From positions 1-64,000 of the forward strand of contig MU619299.1 in the NCBI GenBank assembly GCA_025201805.1: 64,000 nucleotides of DNA, written 5' to 3'. The notes beneath the pieces are model-generated. The model saw nothing but the letters and a program-made list of their open reading frames with translations. It had not been told where the DNA came from and searched no databases. How positions within the stretch are numbered: the stretch's first letter is position 1; each line of letters starts with the position of its first letter. Positions 40,042 through 54,060 of the stretch are shown here, in pieces. Made by a program: the position numbers and the translations under genes. The DNA comes from Parasitella parasitica NRRL 2501 (taxonomy: Eukaryota > Fungi > Mucoromycota).

Positions 40042-40550
40042 TGTATCATCATGTAGGAGGAAAAAGAAGAAAAAAGAATGAGAAATCACATTTTCAATAC
40101 ATACAAAAAAATTTCAAGGGGATCAAGTGTATGGAATGCTGTGCTTATTTTACACCACCCACCACCCATGAATGGACCTCCTATTTCGCTCCCTTTCTCT
40201 TTCAACACTTTTTTTTTTTTTTTTTTTTGACCAGGACATACGACTATTCTTGGTATATAAAAACAAAAAAAAACAAAAAAAAGGTCATTAGTGATATTTT
40301 AAATGCAAGTATGGCATACACCTTTTTAATTCATAATTTGCTGTTTTTATTGTTATGTTTATTTAATCTCCATCACAGCGTATTCAAATGTCAATTTCAA
40401 CCTTATATTATGAAAATAGATGTTTGGAACACATACGTCTCCTTTTGCTTATGTTGGCCCCTGGCGTTGTTACATAATGTATGGCCACACAACATTCGTA
40501 AAGTACATTAAAGCACAACAATCAATTCAAGAAAGCATGTCGATGATTGG

Positions 40551-40643
<93 letters not shown>

Positions 40644-41273
40644 CATGACTAACCCAACCATTAAGAATAAAACCCATTAGTTGTTACACTCTCCTTTTAT
40701 TCTATTCTCCTGGAGATACATGTTATGCGTACATGGCCCTCTCTTTTCATATGTCTCATGCAGAATCCAAAATTGATCTGCGTTTTAAGCTATATAAAGC
40801 ACTTTTTACCCTGAGTAAAAAATAAAACTGATGACTTTAATTCAAATACACTGATAATATGTCCCCTCCGCCTTTTGCTCAATATCAATATCTTAAAGTT
40901 ATTAATGAACACAATTATGGTAAATTAATTTCACTCGTTCTTGGATATAAAGATACAAAACTACTTTTACTGATTCAAAGCTTGAATCAGATTTTTAAAA
41001 GGGCATCCAGGCTATTTTTCTCGTAAGACCGACATCAGACCACAGATTTTGAGTGTTGCTTGAAAGTGAAAAACTGAGTTCACAGCCATGTTTGATGACA
41101 TTTGTGAATTCAGTTTCTCAAAAAAAAATCTTGCAACTTGTATAATAGAAAATTACACCAAAATTCTAAATCTAAAGTTTATACATGTCTTATATACAAC
41201 ACTACAATACTATTTACACTGAAAGAGCAAAATCTGTCTCCAAAAAAAAAAAAAAAAAACCGGAAAGAGCGAG

Positions 41274-42885
41274 CTATTCAAAGAAGGATACAATTTTAGG
41301 TTGATTAAGCATATACGTGCTCAACTCTTCGCTCTTCCTTCGATTTTTAGTGATTGATGAGGACCGAGTATGATGTATTTGCCGTAACATGCCAACGCTG
41401 CCAACTTCTTCACTCTTTCGCCGCATTGCTGGCATTAACGGAGTAGCTAAAAACTGCTGTACATTGTTGGAGCTAGCACTTCTCTTGAGCGCAAGCAGCA
41501 ACCTGTTTCTTTCTTGTACAACAGAATCAGGAATTTGCACGGTTCCGGCAGCAATTGTCATGGGGAATGTTCCCAGCGTAGTCTCAACAGAAGGAATGCC
41601 ATGCACATCACTAATTGTCTCCGTCGATAGATCGAGCCATTCTTGACGGTTTCTCGTACAAGCATGCACAAGTTCTATACATTTGGGGAATAGCTCGGAT
41701 AATGCTTCAAAATATGGATTCACAATGAAGTCGATAAAACCCACATTGATTTTGGAAGGATTGGCAATCGTTTGGTCCATGTTGGGTGAAACAGGAAGAC
41801 CTAGACTGAGCTCCCTTTCACCTTGGCGAAAGAATTCAACACATACTAGACGAGATTGTTGGTAAAAGACAGGCCATGGGCGACACGGGTTGCTGACATC
41901 TGCAGCATGTAGCAGTATATTGCACATCATGAGTCGCTCCTTTTTATTTAGCACTGACGTATCTGTCACGGTCGTGGTCGCTGTGGGCATGGCCTGGCTG
42001 AAATGCCTTTGTTTGAAATATTCGAATGGATTGTCATGTTTGGAGAATATTGGTTTTAGAGCTGATTTCAAATGTTGCATCTGAGACGCACGTTTGATCT
42101 TGTCATGGAGAACTGCGATATTATCTTTTAGTGTGAAATGACAGACCATGTCCGTCGCTAGTATCATTTGAACAATGGATGACTTGAAGTCTTGCAGAGT
42201 GATAGGACATCCAAATTCTTGGCTCTTGCTCTCCACATGACGTAGGTAGTTGTGCTTTTCAAAAAGCTGCAGTGCGATTGTGGACGAATGGCTCTCCAAA
42301 ACAGACAAGTTGTTGTATCGCAAAGCTCTTTCTGTTTTGCAAGATACTTCAAAGCCATTGTTGTTACCGGGCTGTGTACGTAGAGGATTAAAGACTGAGT
42401 GGGACGGTCCTCTTTGTAGCAACACTTACATGTCCTATGTCATGGAATAGCGCAGCTAGCATCAGCATAGCCAAATCAAATCTATTCAAATATTCAGACA
42501 TGCCATATCCGCTCAACATGTGATGTAAAACCATCGCTACGTCGACAGCATGATAGAACGAGTGGTACGGATTGTCGTTGTATTCCCTTTCTATATCGAT
42601 GAGTAGGTCCAAGAAATCCGAGGTAGTTGTTCCGAGCGTTTGGCATATGCCGATGCGCTGGAAGATGCCAGCGATAAAGCCATAGACCTCGCTGCGGGAT
42701 TTGCCATGCAGAGAGTAGTCCAATGCATGGTGATTTGGATGGTCTGATATCTTTAACATTATCTATTTGTATTAAACTTTAACCTTAAATTTCACAATTC
42801 AGGCCACTGTGTGATGCATGATACCCACTGTTTCGATTGCGAACAGATCGCTGCTTGATAGGCTATTGTGTCTTAGGATGATCAT
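41274..42885 (-). CDS. Class I cyclic-nucleotide phosphodiesterase
   Basis: PYHSFYHAVDV, HDIGH|PG.NN, SVLESH, LATDM, HAADVSNP, EFFRQG. Confidence 0.92.
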
Positions 42886-43061
42886 TTTGTCTAAAAAATC
42901 GAATTGCACAAAAAGAAGAGAGAAAGAGAGTAATAGAACAAAAAAGTTTTTTTTTTTTTTTCCGTATATATTAAAAAATAACCAAGTTCAATCTGACATC
43001 ATTGCCGAAAGTATCCGTGTTTTTGTGTCAGAAAATGGCAGTGGAATTAAAGTGAAACATT

Positions 43062-45063
43062 TTATATAGACGATAAGGATCCATAGCCTTCTTGCGTGGG
43101 CGTCCACATTTCACTTGCAACATATTCCAGCAACTCCTTGTGGCTCAAGCGTTTCAAATCCTGCTCCCTTTGACAGAGCCCTTCCTTGATGGACTGTTCA
43201 ATCACAGCAGCAGCAACAATAGCAGAGACTTGGCGGATGCGCACCAGAGACGGATACAGCCAGCCTTGACTTGACTCCTCGGCTGTTAACGAATCTGCCA
43301 GTGCCTTTGAAGCACTGTATATCATGCCATCGGAAATCATGGTAGGTTTAGCCAACACACCAGCAAACCCTAACCCAGGGAAAATGTACATGTTGTTGCC
43401 TTGGCCGGGAATGCGGACTTCGCCAGTAGCTTGGATCGTGTAGCTAGGGAATGCTGTGCCTGACGCAAAGATGACTCGATTTTCTGTAGCCTCCATGGCT
43501 TCTGCAAATGTGCACTCGGCCTGTGTAGCAGGGTTGGACAACGGAAACACAATAGGCTGCTTGTTGATAGATGCTAGGCGCTGGAGAACCTGTGTGTTAA
43601 ATGCGCCAGTGGTAGAGGATAAACCGATTAACCTATGGTGATTTGCGTGTGTCAGTTAGTATTGGACTGAACCCGCCCCCCACCACCACCTATGTTTTAC
43701 AGATACACAACTTACGCAGTAGGTTTGACATAGTTGACAATGTCAATCAACTCTTTATATTGCTCATTTTGATTGTCATTACGGGCAAAGTAGATTTTAT
43801 GCTGAGCCAATCTATCGCCACGATCCATAGTAACAAGGCCCTGCAGTTTGTGTTGTTAGATACTGCCATGTATACATATATGCAAANNNNNNNNNNNNNN
43901 NAAAAAAAAAAAAAAAAAACCCTCCCCGTGCTGTACCTTGGAATCAACAATCCAGAATACACGTCTGGCCTCATCTTCCGCCATGCCAAACTCGGTCTGG
44001 AAATAGTCTTGAATCTGTCGAGCAACACCAATAGCCGCAGAGCCAGCGCCATAAAACACAATGCGATGATCTCTAGGTAAGACACCGTTTTCATTTTGGA
44101 CTTTGCGAATAGCATTGATGACTCCTGACAAAATAACTGCACCGGTGCCTTGGATATCGTCATTGAAGCAAACGAGTTTTTTTTGATATTTTTCCAAGAG
44201 GCCAAATGCATGCTCGCTGGACCAGTCTTCAAACTGGATGAGCAAGTCGGGATAGACGTCGTAGATTGTGCTTAAAACCGTGTCTACAATGGAATAGAAC
44301 TCTTCATCGCTAGGACGCGGCTGGCGAAGGCCAATATAAAAGTCATCGCTGCGCAACTTTTCGTTGCTGGTACCCAAATCCAGGACAATAGGCAAAGTGC
44401 GACGAGGATCAATACCAGCACCGGCCACATACAGTTGCAATTTGCCAATGCTAATGCCAATACCATTGCTGCCCAAATCACCCAAACCCAGAATACGGGA
44501 GCCATCTGTAATGACAGCAATCTCAGGAGAAAAGTTGGGTACAGGTCTATAATTAGCAATCGTATCTTTGAGGTTTTTCAAATCTGTAGAGTCAATGTAT
44601 AACCCATCAGGTACACCGGGACCAGCTAAAAAGGGGTAGATGTTGGAATACTCAACACAGGCCGTACCGACAGTAGGGGTATAAATCACAGGAGCAAATT
44701 CTTGTAAATCGTCCATGATAATCTTGTAAAAGAGACGAGTGTTGGAGGATCTCAATTGTGCCAAAAAAATGTACTTTTCAAGCATGGTAGATTTTGATCT
44801 GACATGCTGTAATGCGCGGCGTCTTTGAATGTCCATAGTCTCAATAGCAGAAGGCAATAAACCTGTTAATCCCAATGCTTTGCGCTTTTGCTGCTCAATT
44901 GCTGTGCCTGTGCTTTGAGTGTTGAGACACTGTGCATATATCAAGCGCTCGGATTATTATGTTTACCTTCATTGTCATACCCAGAGATATATCGAAGAGT
45001 CTTTTGTTGCTTTTGAGATTGCGTGTCTGTATTAGGCGCAGTAGTATAAAATGAAGGTGCCAT
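43062..45063 (-). CDS. Malic enzyme (NAD(P)-dependent)
   Basis: YTPTVG, TDGSRILGLGDLG, IQFED, FNDDIQGTG, GAGSAAIG, PLSNP, GQGNNMYIFPG. Confidence 0.96.
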
Positions 45064-45945
45064 TTTGACGATACAAAATGTATATTATACAAAGAAGCTC
45101 TCTTTTTATATCAAACAGAGAATCGCGCTATAGTTCCAAAATATCTACGAATCAGATAACCAAGCTGCTTTGTATTTTCGGCTTATTCATGATTTCAAAG
45201 GTAATTTGTGGGGAAAGAGATATCCCATTATTAATACGTACGACCCTGTTTTGCAGAGTTGACAGAAATAAGGGTATAATTTTTGAAAATCTCCTGGCTT
45301 GGTATACCATACCTGAATATTGTGCAATATATCAATACAAACCTTGAAACTCAGTGGATCTCTTTAAATGTATAACAAGAATGGTTTTTGCGGGGAATTC
45401 TTGTATGTAATATGGAAAACGTTTGGGGGAAAATCTCACCAGAAGGTGGGAAATATACCCTTTTATGTATATTTGTGTTGATCAAGTCAGCTAATTTCAA
45501 CGGTTAGAGGTAGGCATCTATAGTCTATTAGGTGCTCTAATTTATACGCCTTTCTTTTTTCATTTACTTGTTTGCTTCTTAATGGCTGGTTTATAACCCT
45601 GTTCATAGAGCATCTCGTATTTTGTCAGATGGCTCTCCCGCATTGGCTTTTTCGTTTGAGCAGTCTGTTCTGGATTTTTGCTGGAAAGAGTTTCCTCAAT
45701 ATCCATAAAGTTTATTAATGGAACATGTTTGTTGTATTAAGCCAGTCTTATTGCAGTTTCCAAAAACCCTCCTTTTCCCCTTATGGTAAAAAGTGCATTT
45801 AGATAAAAAGAAGGGTATAATTTATGCTAAAGATCCACGTTATATGCCTCAGATCATGAATAGATGGGATTTTTCAAGCAAGAGCATAGACGAATACCTT
45901 CGTTTTCTTTTAAATTTTTTTATTTTATTTCAATTGGTTCTTTTA

Positions 45946-47750
45946 TCAATTCACCGCGTCTTCTTCTGCTTTGGATGACTCACGTAAAGCTGTCAAAAGA
46001 AGATAGCACTCCTCTAAGATATCTACACATAAAGCTTGACCTGCAAGTATCGAAATATGATAATTACCACAAAAGTTGCTTTTTTTTTCCTCGCTTCATT
46101 TTATAAATACCTTCAGGAATATGCCCTCTATCATCATAGAATTTACCATCCTTGCGCAGATTTTCGATACTTGTGAGTTTCATTTCATAGCTAATGCTCA
46201 TAATGTAAATAAACGGGAACAAAATAAGCAGCACAACTTACGGGTAGAGTTCTTCTGCAGAACAAGGAGCTCCAGTCTTCTTAACAGCCAGTAGACATTG
46301 GCGCACAGTTGTTAGTTGATTGTAGACTGGTGTTAGGGCTTCTGAAACAGGAACACTTTCACTCAAGAGGACAAAAATCATCCGATAACATTTGTTGAGC
46401 AAGAATTCAAGGATTGTTTGGCCTTCGGGCGCAGTTTTACCATCCTCATTCAAGAACTTGCCCAATAACGTAGGATCACCGACTTCTTCCTCGTTGTCAT
46501 CACTGTATTTCAACTTTACAATGTCATGAAGTTGGTGCTGGTAGGTGAATAAGTCTGTTTGACGTAGTGTCCATTTATGCGTTAATTCCAAGCGTTCCAA
46601 CTGATTCTTGATTTCAAGCAGACGCTCACGAATACTCTGAAGATTGGGAGAAAATCCTTCACTACAAGCAATAATGAGATCGTGAGACCAAAAGTAAAGC
46701 TGCTCCAAAAGGTTGACCAGGACAGCTTGACCAGCAGGAACATTTACCCCATCTTCTCCTAAAAATTTGCCATTCACTCGCATATTGTCAATAGCGCGGA
46801 TCTTTTCTTGCAGAGGTTTGATATCATTGGGTGAGTAGTTGCTACGACAGCATACAGAAGCAAGATGGCGTCTAATACGTAGCATTTTGTCTCGGATGGG
46901 GATACTATTTAGAAGTTGTGAGTTTCAGTAATCATGTTTTTGCTATGTTACTGACAGTTCAGGCGCAACTTCGTGGATCGTGGCGATTAAGGCGTCGTAA
47001 ATATGGCCTTCAGTGAATTTGATATCATTAATAGCACATTTCTTCAATAAAATAGATTATTCAACTTACTGCATTGCATGTATTTGTACTTTAAAACTTG
47101 CATGACAGAATCCGGCAAAGCATGGCTTTTGTCATCAACATATAGAATCTTGTTGATTTCATCTAACTTGACTTTGTAGGGCTTCAAATACTCTTCTTCA
47201 TATACACCAAATTCTTCTAAACGATCAAAGATGTGCTACGTATAACAAGTCGCTCAACAAAATGAACCTTTATGCGTTACGCAATATATATATATATATA
47301 TATATATATACGCACCTTGATTGCCACTACTTGAGAATACACAGCAGGACCTGAAGCAATAAGAGGATTATCAGTATGTATCATTATTGCTTTTCTATAA
47401 GATCATCTTACTTTCTCGCTTTTTACCCAATGAAAGAAAGCACAAACTAAGCATTTGCAGTACTTCGTCTAATACATCATCCGCTCTGTTCAATACACGA
47501 TTTTTGTCCAAAAGTCTGCCACCTCGAATGTCGCTTAGAATCTTCATTTCAGCTTCGGTCTCGAGACGTAAAGGCATGATATCTTCCATTTTAAGGTAGC
47601 TTGAACGATTACGTTTGGCAGCTGATAGTTTTGCTCGGATAGCTATTAATCTGTCAAGTGAGGCTAATTCTGAATACATGGTTAATGCTGGTAATTGCAT
47701 ACATTGACAGACGTCTACTCTATACCTTCTGCAGGAACTTTGTGAGGCAT
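45946..47750 (-). CDS. CUB1/YPL260W-like protein (DUF2408)
   Basis: VPAE|ELASLDRLIAIRAKLSAAKRNRSSY; repeated DGKF...P.GQ motifs; PVSEALTPVYNQLTTVRQCL; ELYPYEMKL. Confidence 0.75.
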
Positions 47751-48490
47751 TTCTCGGTTGAATTTTAGATTGTGTGGAGAATGAATGAAAGAATAGTGTC
47801 TGATGATAATTTCAAAGAAGCAGTTGGTGTGATATATATCTTCCGTGTCCTACCGAAAAAGACTGCTAGGCTGTGTGACATTGTGTCTCATGTTTTTGGG
47901 AGCAAAAGGCCAATTAAAGCTATTGGGTTCATTGTTCATTGTTAGCACAGGGCGCGCTGATGAAGAATAGATATAGCTTTAAACATAAGTGTTTCTTTAT
48001 GTTTAAAAAAAAACTCTTTATACAAGTGCTTAAAGATAGCTGATTGATTCAACATCGCAGCAGATCAATCTAAATCGCTTTTTTTAAGAAACAATGCGAA
48101 CTCTACTACTATGTTATACGGTATATAGTGATCCAATACACATGTCATGGCTCAAGCATGTCTTTTTCATTAAAATCTTTCATACCTTTATTATATTTTA
48201 AAATTAATTACTTGGCGTATTATCTACGTGCAAAAGGATTTCTCAAACAGAAGATACTTACTTTCACAATTAATATATTCTAGAAAACACATCTGTTGTA
48301 TTCACATTTTGTCAACTGGATTCCTAAAATTTTTATTTTTTCCGAGACGTAAATTACTCAATGAACCAATAATTTATTTCAAGTGTACAAAATTTCAAAA
48401 TATATTAAAGTGGGATTTTTTGATTCTAATAATTATAAATCTGATGAAAAAAAAAAACTCTCGATCTAAAGCGAGTAAGTTTTGTTACAA

Positions 48491-49804
48491 TTATACAATT
48501 ATAAAAAGACCAAAAAGGGCAGCTATAAAGAGAGGGCCATTGAAAGTATTAGAACTACCAGAACTGGTGGCAGCAACAGATGAGGTACCAGTAGTACCAG
48601 AAGCAATAGCGCCTGGTGAGACAGAACTGCTGTTGGAAGAAGAGGAGGTACCAACAAATTGCTCAAACGTGGGGAAAGTAACCGAAGTCTCAGCATAGGG
48701 TGTAGTAATGTTCATGCACGTGGCAACATCCAAGACATGGGAGTAAGCTTTCTTGATAGCAGGGTAGTGTTTCATGAAGAAATCCATAGTTTGGTTGTTA
48801 ATTTCGTGGGATAAGACAATGTTACCGCTGTTGGCAAAAGTTCCATTGGAGCCCATGTTGATGTAATCTTGGTAGAGGTTATCGACGGTCTCAGTAGTTA
48901 TACCAGCTTGAACATTGGCAGCCCAATCGAAAGTATCCAAGTTCCAGATGATAGCGGTCAAGTCCAATTGAGTTGCGATCCAACGGACACGATCATCCAA
49001 ATCACCCAAAGCCTAAACGTTAAATATTAGTTAAAATGACACTGAAAAATGAAAAGGGGGGAAACTTACAGGACGCCAGTGCTTGGGGGTGATACCAGTG
49101 ACATGCTTGATAGCCTTTTGAGTATAGTAAAGTTCAGCAAGGACTTCTTGGTTAGTTAAGGTTGTCATCATCTTGTGAGACCAAGTGTGGCCAGCAAGAT
49201 GATGTCCATCCTTAACACCACGGAGGGCACCATAAGGCCAGTTAACGACATTGGAACCAATATAGAACATGGTTGCCTTTTGCTTTTCTTGTTCCAAGAA
49301 ATCATAAAAGGCATTATGAGAACAATTGGGTCCATCATCGAAGGTCAATCCCCAGACATCGGGCTCGGGACAAGCGTAAAGATCAGCATTGATACCTTCA
49401 ACTTTGGGAGTCTTACAGGTAGAGCTGGACCACCAGCAGGCAGGGTCATTTGCGCTGTCATAGCCGGTCATATCAAGACCACCAGCAGCAGTGAGAGTTC
49501 TGGGAGGAAAATTAGGGACCTTGGTCCAATCAATTGAATTATATAAAGCTGTGAATTCAGCAGATGTATTCATGCCATTTGAGGTAGCAATGTCCCAAAC
49601 AGTAGGCCATTCACTAGGATTGATTGAGTAAGGTGAGTTGTAGTAAACGCATTGTTGAGCAGGATCAGTAGATGTCACTTGAGGGATATCAGGAAGAGTG
49701 ATTTGAGTAGGATCAGTAGAACTGGTGTAATTAGTGGTAACTGCGTTGACAGAAGCTAAAGTGGCAGCGGCGGCAGCTGAAATGAAGGCAACTTTCCAAA
49801 CCAT
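48491..49804 (-). CDS. Chitin deacetylase (CE4/NodB), secreted, probably GPI-anchored
   Basis: Signal peptide, TFDDGP, HTWSH, WRP, DTFDW, IVLSHE; Ser/Thr-rich region and hydrophobic C-terminus. Confidence 0.95.
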
Positions 49805-50600
49805 TTTATTTCAAATGCTTATGTTGTAGGTATTAATCAAAAAGAAATGAAGAGATGTGAATAAATACTAAAAAAAAAAAAAAAAAAAAAATAGAATAGA
49901 ATCTGTAGAAAAACTGCGGATAAAGAAATATTAGTTATTTTTATTAATAAAGAAACCCAATAATGGCATATACAAAAGCGCACAAAGAACATGGAGTTTC
50001 AATGATAAGAAATGATACAAGCGACATTTCGAAGCAGTAATGTTACACTTTTGATTTGATCTGGGCCTGCCAATATATTACAAAAGTAACATTATTATCC
50101 AAATTTAGGGCACAGTTTTACTTTACGAAGTGCATCCCCCCCCCCCTAAACAAATAAAATGTATAAATTTGTCGTTGGGTGATTCAACGAGATAAATTTG
50201 TTAAAAATAGCTGTTTCATTTTTCAATTCAATCAACGAGCTTGATGGACAAAATAACAAAATAAAATGTTTACAGAATATGAATGTCTGTGTCAAATCGA
50301 GCCAACACGAAAAGCATACCTTTTTACTGAGAATGCAACACAGGTAGATCCCATTTTATCATTTTGTTCAGGACAATGTATTCCATGAAAGCATATTATA
50401 GAAGCAAAATTTGTTCAAATGTAAGGAATACAAGATAGTTCCAGACCAATTAGGAAATCTCGACGGAGGAAAATATCTATTTGCAGCAGAAGATCCTGCA
50501 GCACACCGTTTTTAAACTGCAGTTCGTACAATAATGATATGTGTGTGAGTAGAGCAAGTAAAAAAGCAAATTTTGCTGATCGTCCGGGAAAAAATATTTA

Positions 50601-51171
50601 CCGTCAATTGGTCGTTATAAATTTCAATTGGTCAATTATTTGAAGCTCAATCGGTCACTTTACAATGCGTTTGTTTTTTTTGAGACGTAGGAAATTGATT
50701 TTTTTACATTCATTATCTTTTAAATAAGATGTAGGCTGAAGACGTCTCTACACAGTAACTTTAAAACCAGATAAAGATACGGCTCACTGTCAGACATGAA
50801 CACTCGGATCTTTAGAAGAGGGAGCTTCTGTGGACAACTAGTAGAGGGTAAAGAAACAAGACCGACAAAGGGGTCTTCAGTCTTTTGTTGTTTGTTCCCA
50901 ACAGAAGAAGAAAAAATCCTTCACAGAATGAGGAAGAGCCCAGTTAAAAAAAAATATAGTAACATTCTCTTCTGAAATTTGTAATTATTCTAAATACTAC
51001 GCGCACGCCAATCAATCTTTTAATTTGACGTCACTAAAATTTTTTGGCGTGTAATTTTGGCGCGCGCCTATTCTCATCCTTTTAAGTTGATCAATTGGGA
51101 TTCAGAAAAGCGATCAATTGAGCTTCAAAAAATTGACCAATTGAAATTTAAAAAGCGACCAATTGACGGTG
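50601..51171. mobile_element. MITE (~570 bp) with ~60-bp TIRs, TA-flanked
   Basis: ccgtcaattggtcg..aaatttcaattggtcaatt..tgaagctcaat at left is mirrored at 51110-51171; no coding capacity. Confidence 0.8.
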
Positions 51172-51583
51172 TAAAATTTCTGTTCCGTTTGGTGTGTTTT
51201 ATTATTGAGCGAGAATGGTTTTAGAAATGTAACATTCGCCTTGTGCTTTATATCATGAAGCAAGAATCTTGTGCCCCCTAACACCAAATTGATGAAGAAT
51301 AATAAAAAGTGATACCAAAAATTAGAGTTTATAATGACGATGAAGCCGTGGATTGTATAAAAAAAAAAAAAAAAATGGAGAAATCGTTTAAAATAGTAAA
51401 GCATGAGATAGTCAAAATGCATGTACATAATAAGATTAGACAAACGACAATATCAATACCTCCTGAAAATAGAAAAAGACCGAAAAGCAGAAAAACAGAG
51501 AGTCAAGACATGACTCGCCGTAGTCTCTCATGAAATGTATTAGTATAGCTTTCCCATTATGATTATAAGCTTATTGATTAGTT

Positions 51584-52168
51584 TTATTTAACAATTTCGT
51601 TAATATTGAGCATATGAGGTTGGTATTCAGATATTATTAGTGGATTTGCACCGCAACATGAACAATACTTTTTCTTTTTTTGGACACAGGCATTGCAATT
51701 GGCACACCAACCTTTGTCTAAAAATGCTAGTGGATCAGGTTGTGGTGTCCAACCAGTTCTAAATATCCATTGATTACTACTAGTTGCACTCGACACTATA
51801 TAACCATGTCGAAGACGTTAATGCCGGTTTTTGATCCGAAGCAGCATTGAAGACATACCTGATATACTCTTATGATACTCAGACGGCACGATCCACGGTT
51901 GCTGTGGGCCATCCGCTATTGTCATTGAGTCTCTGGTGGAAGGGGAAGAGTTACTGTCATAACAGCAAGGCTTTTCCTTATCATGCATTGAAACTGCTAC
52001 GGTAGTTGATGAGGAATTACTATTGCTTTTGAAGGTAGTTTTCTTGCGATCATTTTGATAATAACATGGCATTAGAATAGATTTTATAATACGATTCATC
52101 TTTTTTATAAGTGATTTCTTGTTTTTTCCTGTTGACAAGTATGTCGTTTGGCTTGTCGAATTAGACAT
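51584..52168 (-). CDS. Small hypothetical protein with C-terminal Cys-rich (zinc-ribbon-like) motif, 2 exons
   Basis: Two ORFs joined by a phase-compatible GT-AG intron; WCANCNAC...YCSCCG. Confidence 0.6.
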
Positions 52169-53499
52169 TGCTGGCTTTCTGCATCGCGAGCAACACTCAT
52201 TGTTATAGTATCGAGCGTCTGTTTGATATTGTGTTAGTACTAGCACCTCACAATGAACACAATTTTCTTTTTATAGCACATGCACTACATACAAACCTTT
52301 ATCTTCGAAAACCATGATATTTTATATGTACCTTTGAGCAAACAAAAAGGATGAAAGAATATGGATGACAACTTGGCGTTGAAACTTTTATATGTGTATA
52401 ATATTTGGGGGGTTCCCCGGTTGAACCACGTTTTTAACTTTTTTTTTGTCAATAAAGAGAAAAAATCTTTAATGGACAGCAATTGAAGCAAATTATAAGA
52501 AAAGGGGAAGAGAAATGAAAGAAGGAGTTTCGTAAGGGTGATGATAACCAAAAGAACTTTCGCCTCCTTGAAACTGTTTGGCTTTTTGGTTTGTAATCCT
52601 TTGCTCTCATTATCTCTAACTTCTATATACATCTCAGGGCTGTGAATCCGTTGATGCGGTCTAGGTGTGTCCCACTGTTGGAAAAAATATGTATCACAAG
52701 AGAAATAGTAGCACAAGCTATATATATATAGTTGCCTTATATAGCGAATCGCTAATATAAACAATGGAATAAGAATTCTGTATTATAGACACAATGAGCC
52801 GAGATGATATACTCTTGGGGTATCAAATGCGAATTCAAAAGATGACTATTCGAAACGTGGCATACAAACATGGCTATAAATGACACATGAGAATTGCGGT
52901 TCTTGTGCGAGAAAATATCTTGCTCATTCACCAGATTAATGTACGCTTGTATTCTTCTCCTTGAACCTCTTTTACATTAAAGGGTTTCAGGGCTATATCC
53001 TGTTGAAATTGGTACAATTTGTGAATGATGTCAAGTCTGAGGCATCTAGCGTTACTTTTTGGCTAATAAAGCGTTTATTAGAAGGTTTGCTAACATTTTT
53101 ATCGCAATGATTAAGGCTGTATAATAATAATTCAAGATTTAGTATCTAGGATTTGGATATTGATCCTGACTTTATTTTTTTTAATTACATAATATCTAAG
53201 GTACACAGCTAACTGGAGAAAATTTCTCTTTAACTACACGTTTTCCGACGTCATATGATGCTTTGCAAATCTTACACCTCGGACGCATTTTTTTTTTAAG
53301 ATGGGTAGGGGAGAATTGTTGACGAGGAAGGGAGCGATGTAATAAAATGGGAAGAAGAAGTTCACCCACTTCACCTAGAAACGTTAAGCCGCCTAAGACT
53401 TTATTGTGGAAAGCAGGGCCCAGAGCAAAACTCGGTTGATAAAGCTTTAGGTGCTGAATACGAAGAAGCTGCAAGAGTAGTAAAAACGCAGAAAAAGCA

Positions 53500-53785
53500 T
53501 CACAATGGCTACTCCAGCGAACAAAAACTTCCTTTTGTCTATTATAATAGGGTAAACCTATTCGATGCTGCTAAATCTGGTAGATTAGCTGAAAGAATTG
53601 CTGAATGAACAGCACAGAAATGGGCCAAGAGACTCAAAAAAGACAAAAATTGGAACATCTTGGAAAATCAAACTAACAAAGTCAATAGGCCAAAGGCGCA
53701 GCTTGATGAAAGACATAAGATTCATCTACTCAACTTTTATGATGATAACCCTCAAGCCAAGATTGTTGATGTAGTTGCTTCGCTC
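53500..53785 (+). pseudogene. Tc1/IS630 transposase N-terminal (HTH) remnant
   Basis: AAKSGRLA..IAE*TAQKWAKRLKKDKNWNILENQTNKVNRPKAQL...FYDDNPQA with an in-frame stop. Confidence 0.75.
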
Positions 53786-53789
53786 ATTT

Positions 53790-54060
53790 CTGTTTCATGC
53801 ATTTTGACACTGGTACTGTAACCATTAGTTATATATAGGCAGGTCCGGTAGATGATTTTTAGTTGAGCCTAAAACATCGACACCATTCAATGCTTACAAG
53901 ATAGCTTGTTCACCTGTCAAACCACCTGTGACAATTGCAATCTTTCGATCAATTTTATTTGGTAATCTAGCATAGGCAGCAACTTGATGTTACCCCAACA
54001 AAGCTCTCTTTATAGTTTCTTGGCCAGGGAGCTGCTAGATCCAAAAATCAAAACTTTCAT
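53790..54060 (-). pseudogene. NAD(P)H-binding flavin reductase/NmrA-like pseudogene fragment
   Basis: MKVLIFGSS / GQETIKRALLG*HQVAAYARLPNKI..IVTGGLTGEQAIL*ALNGVDV, with a frameshift and stops. Confidence 0.65.
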
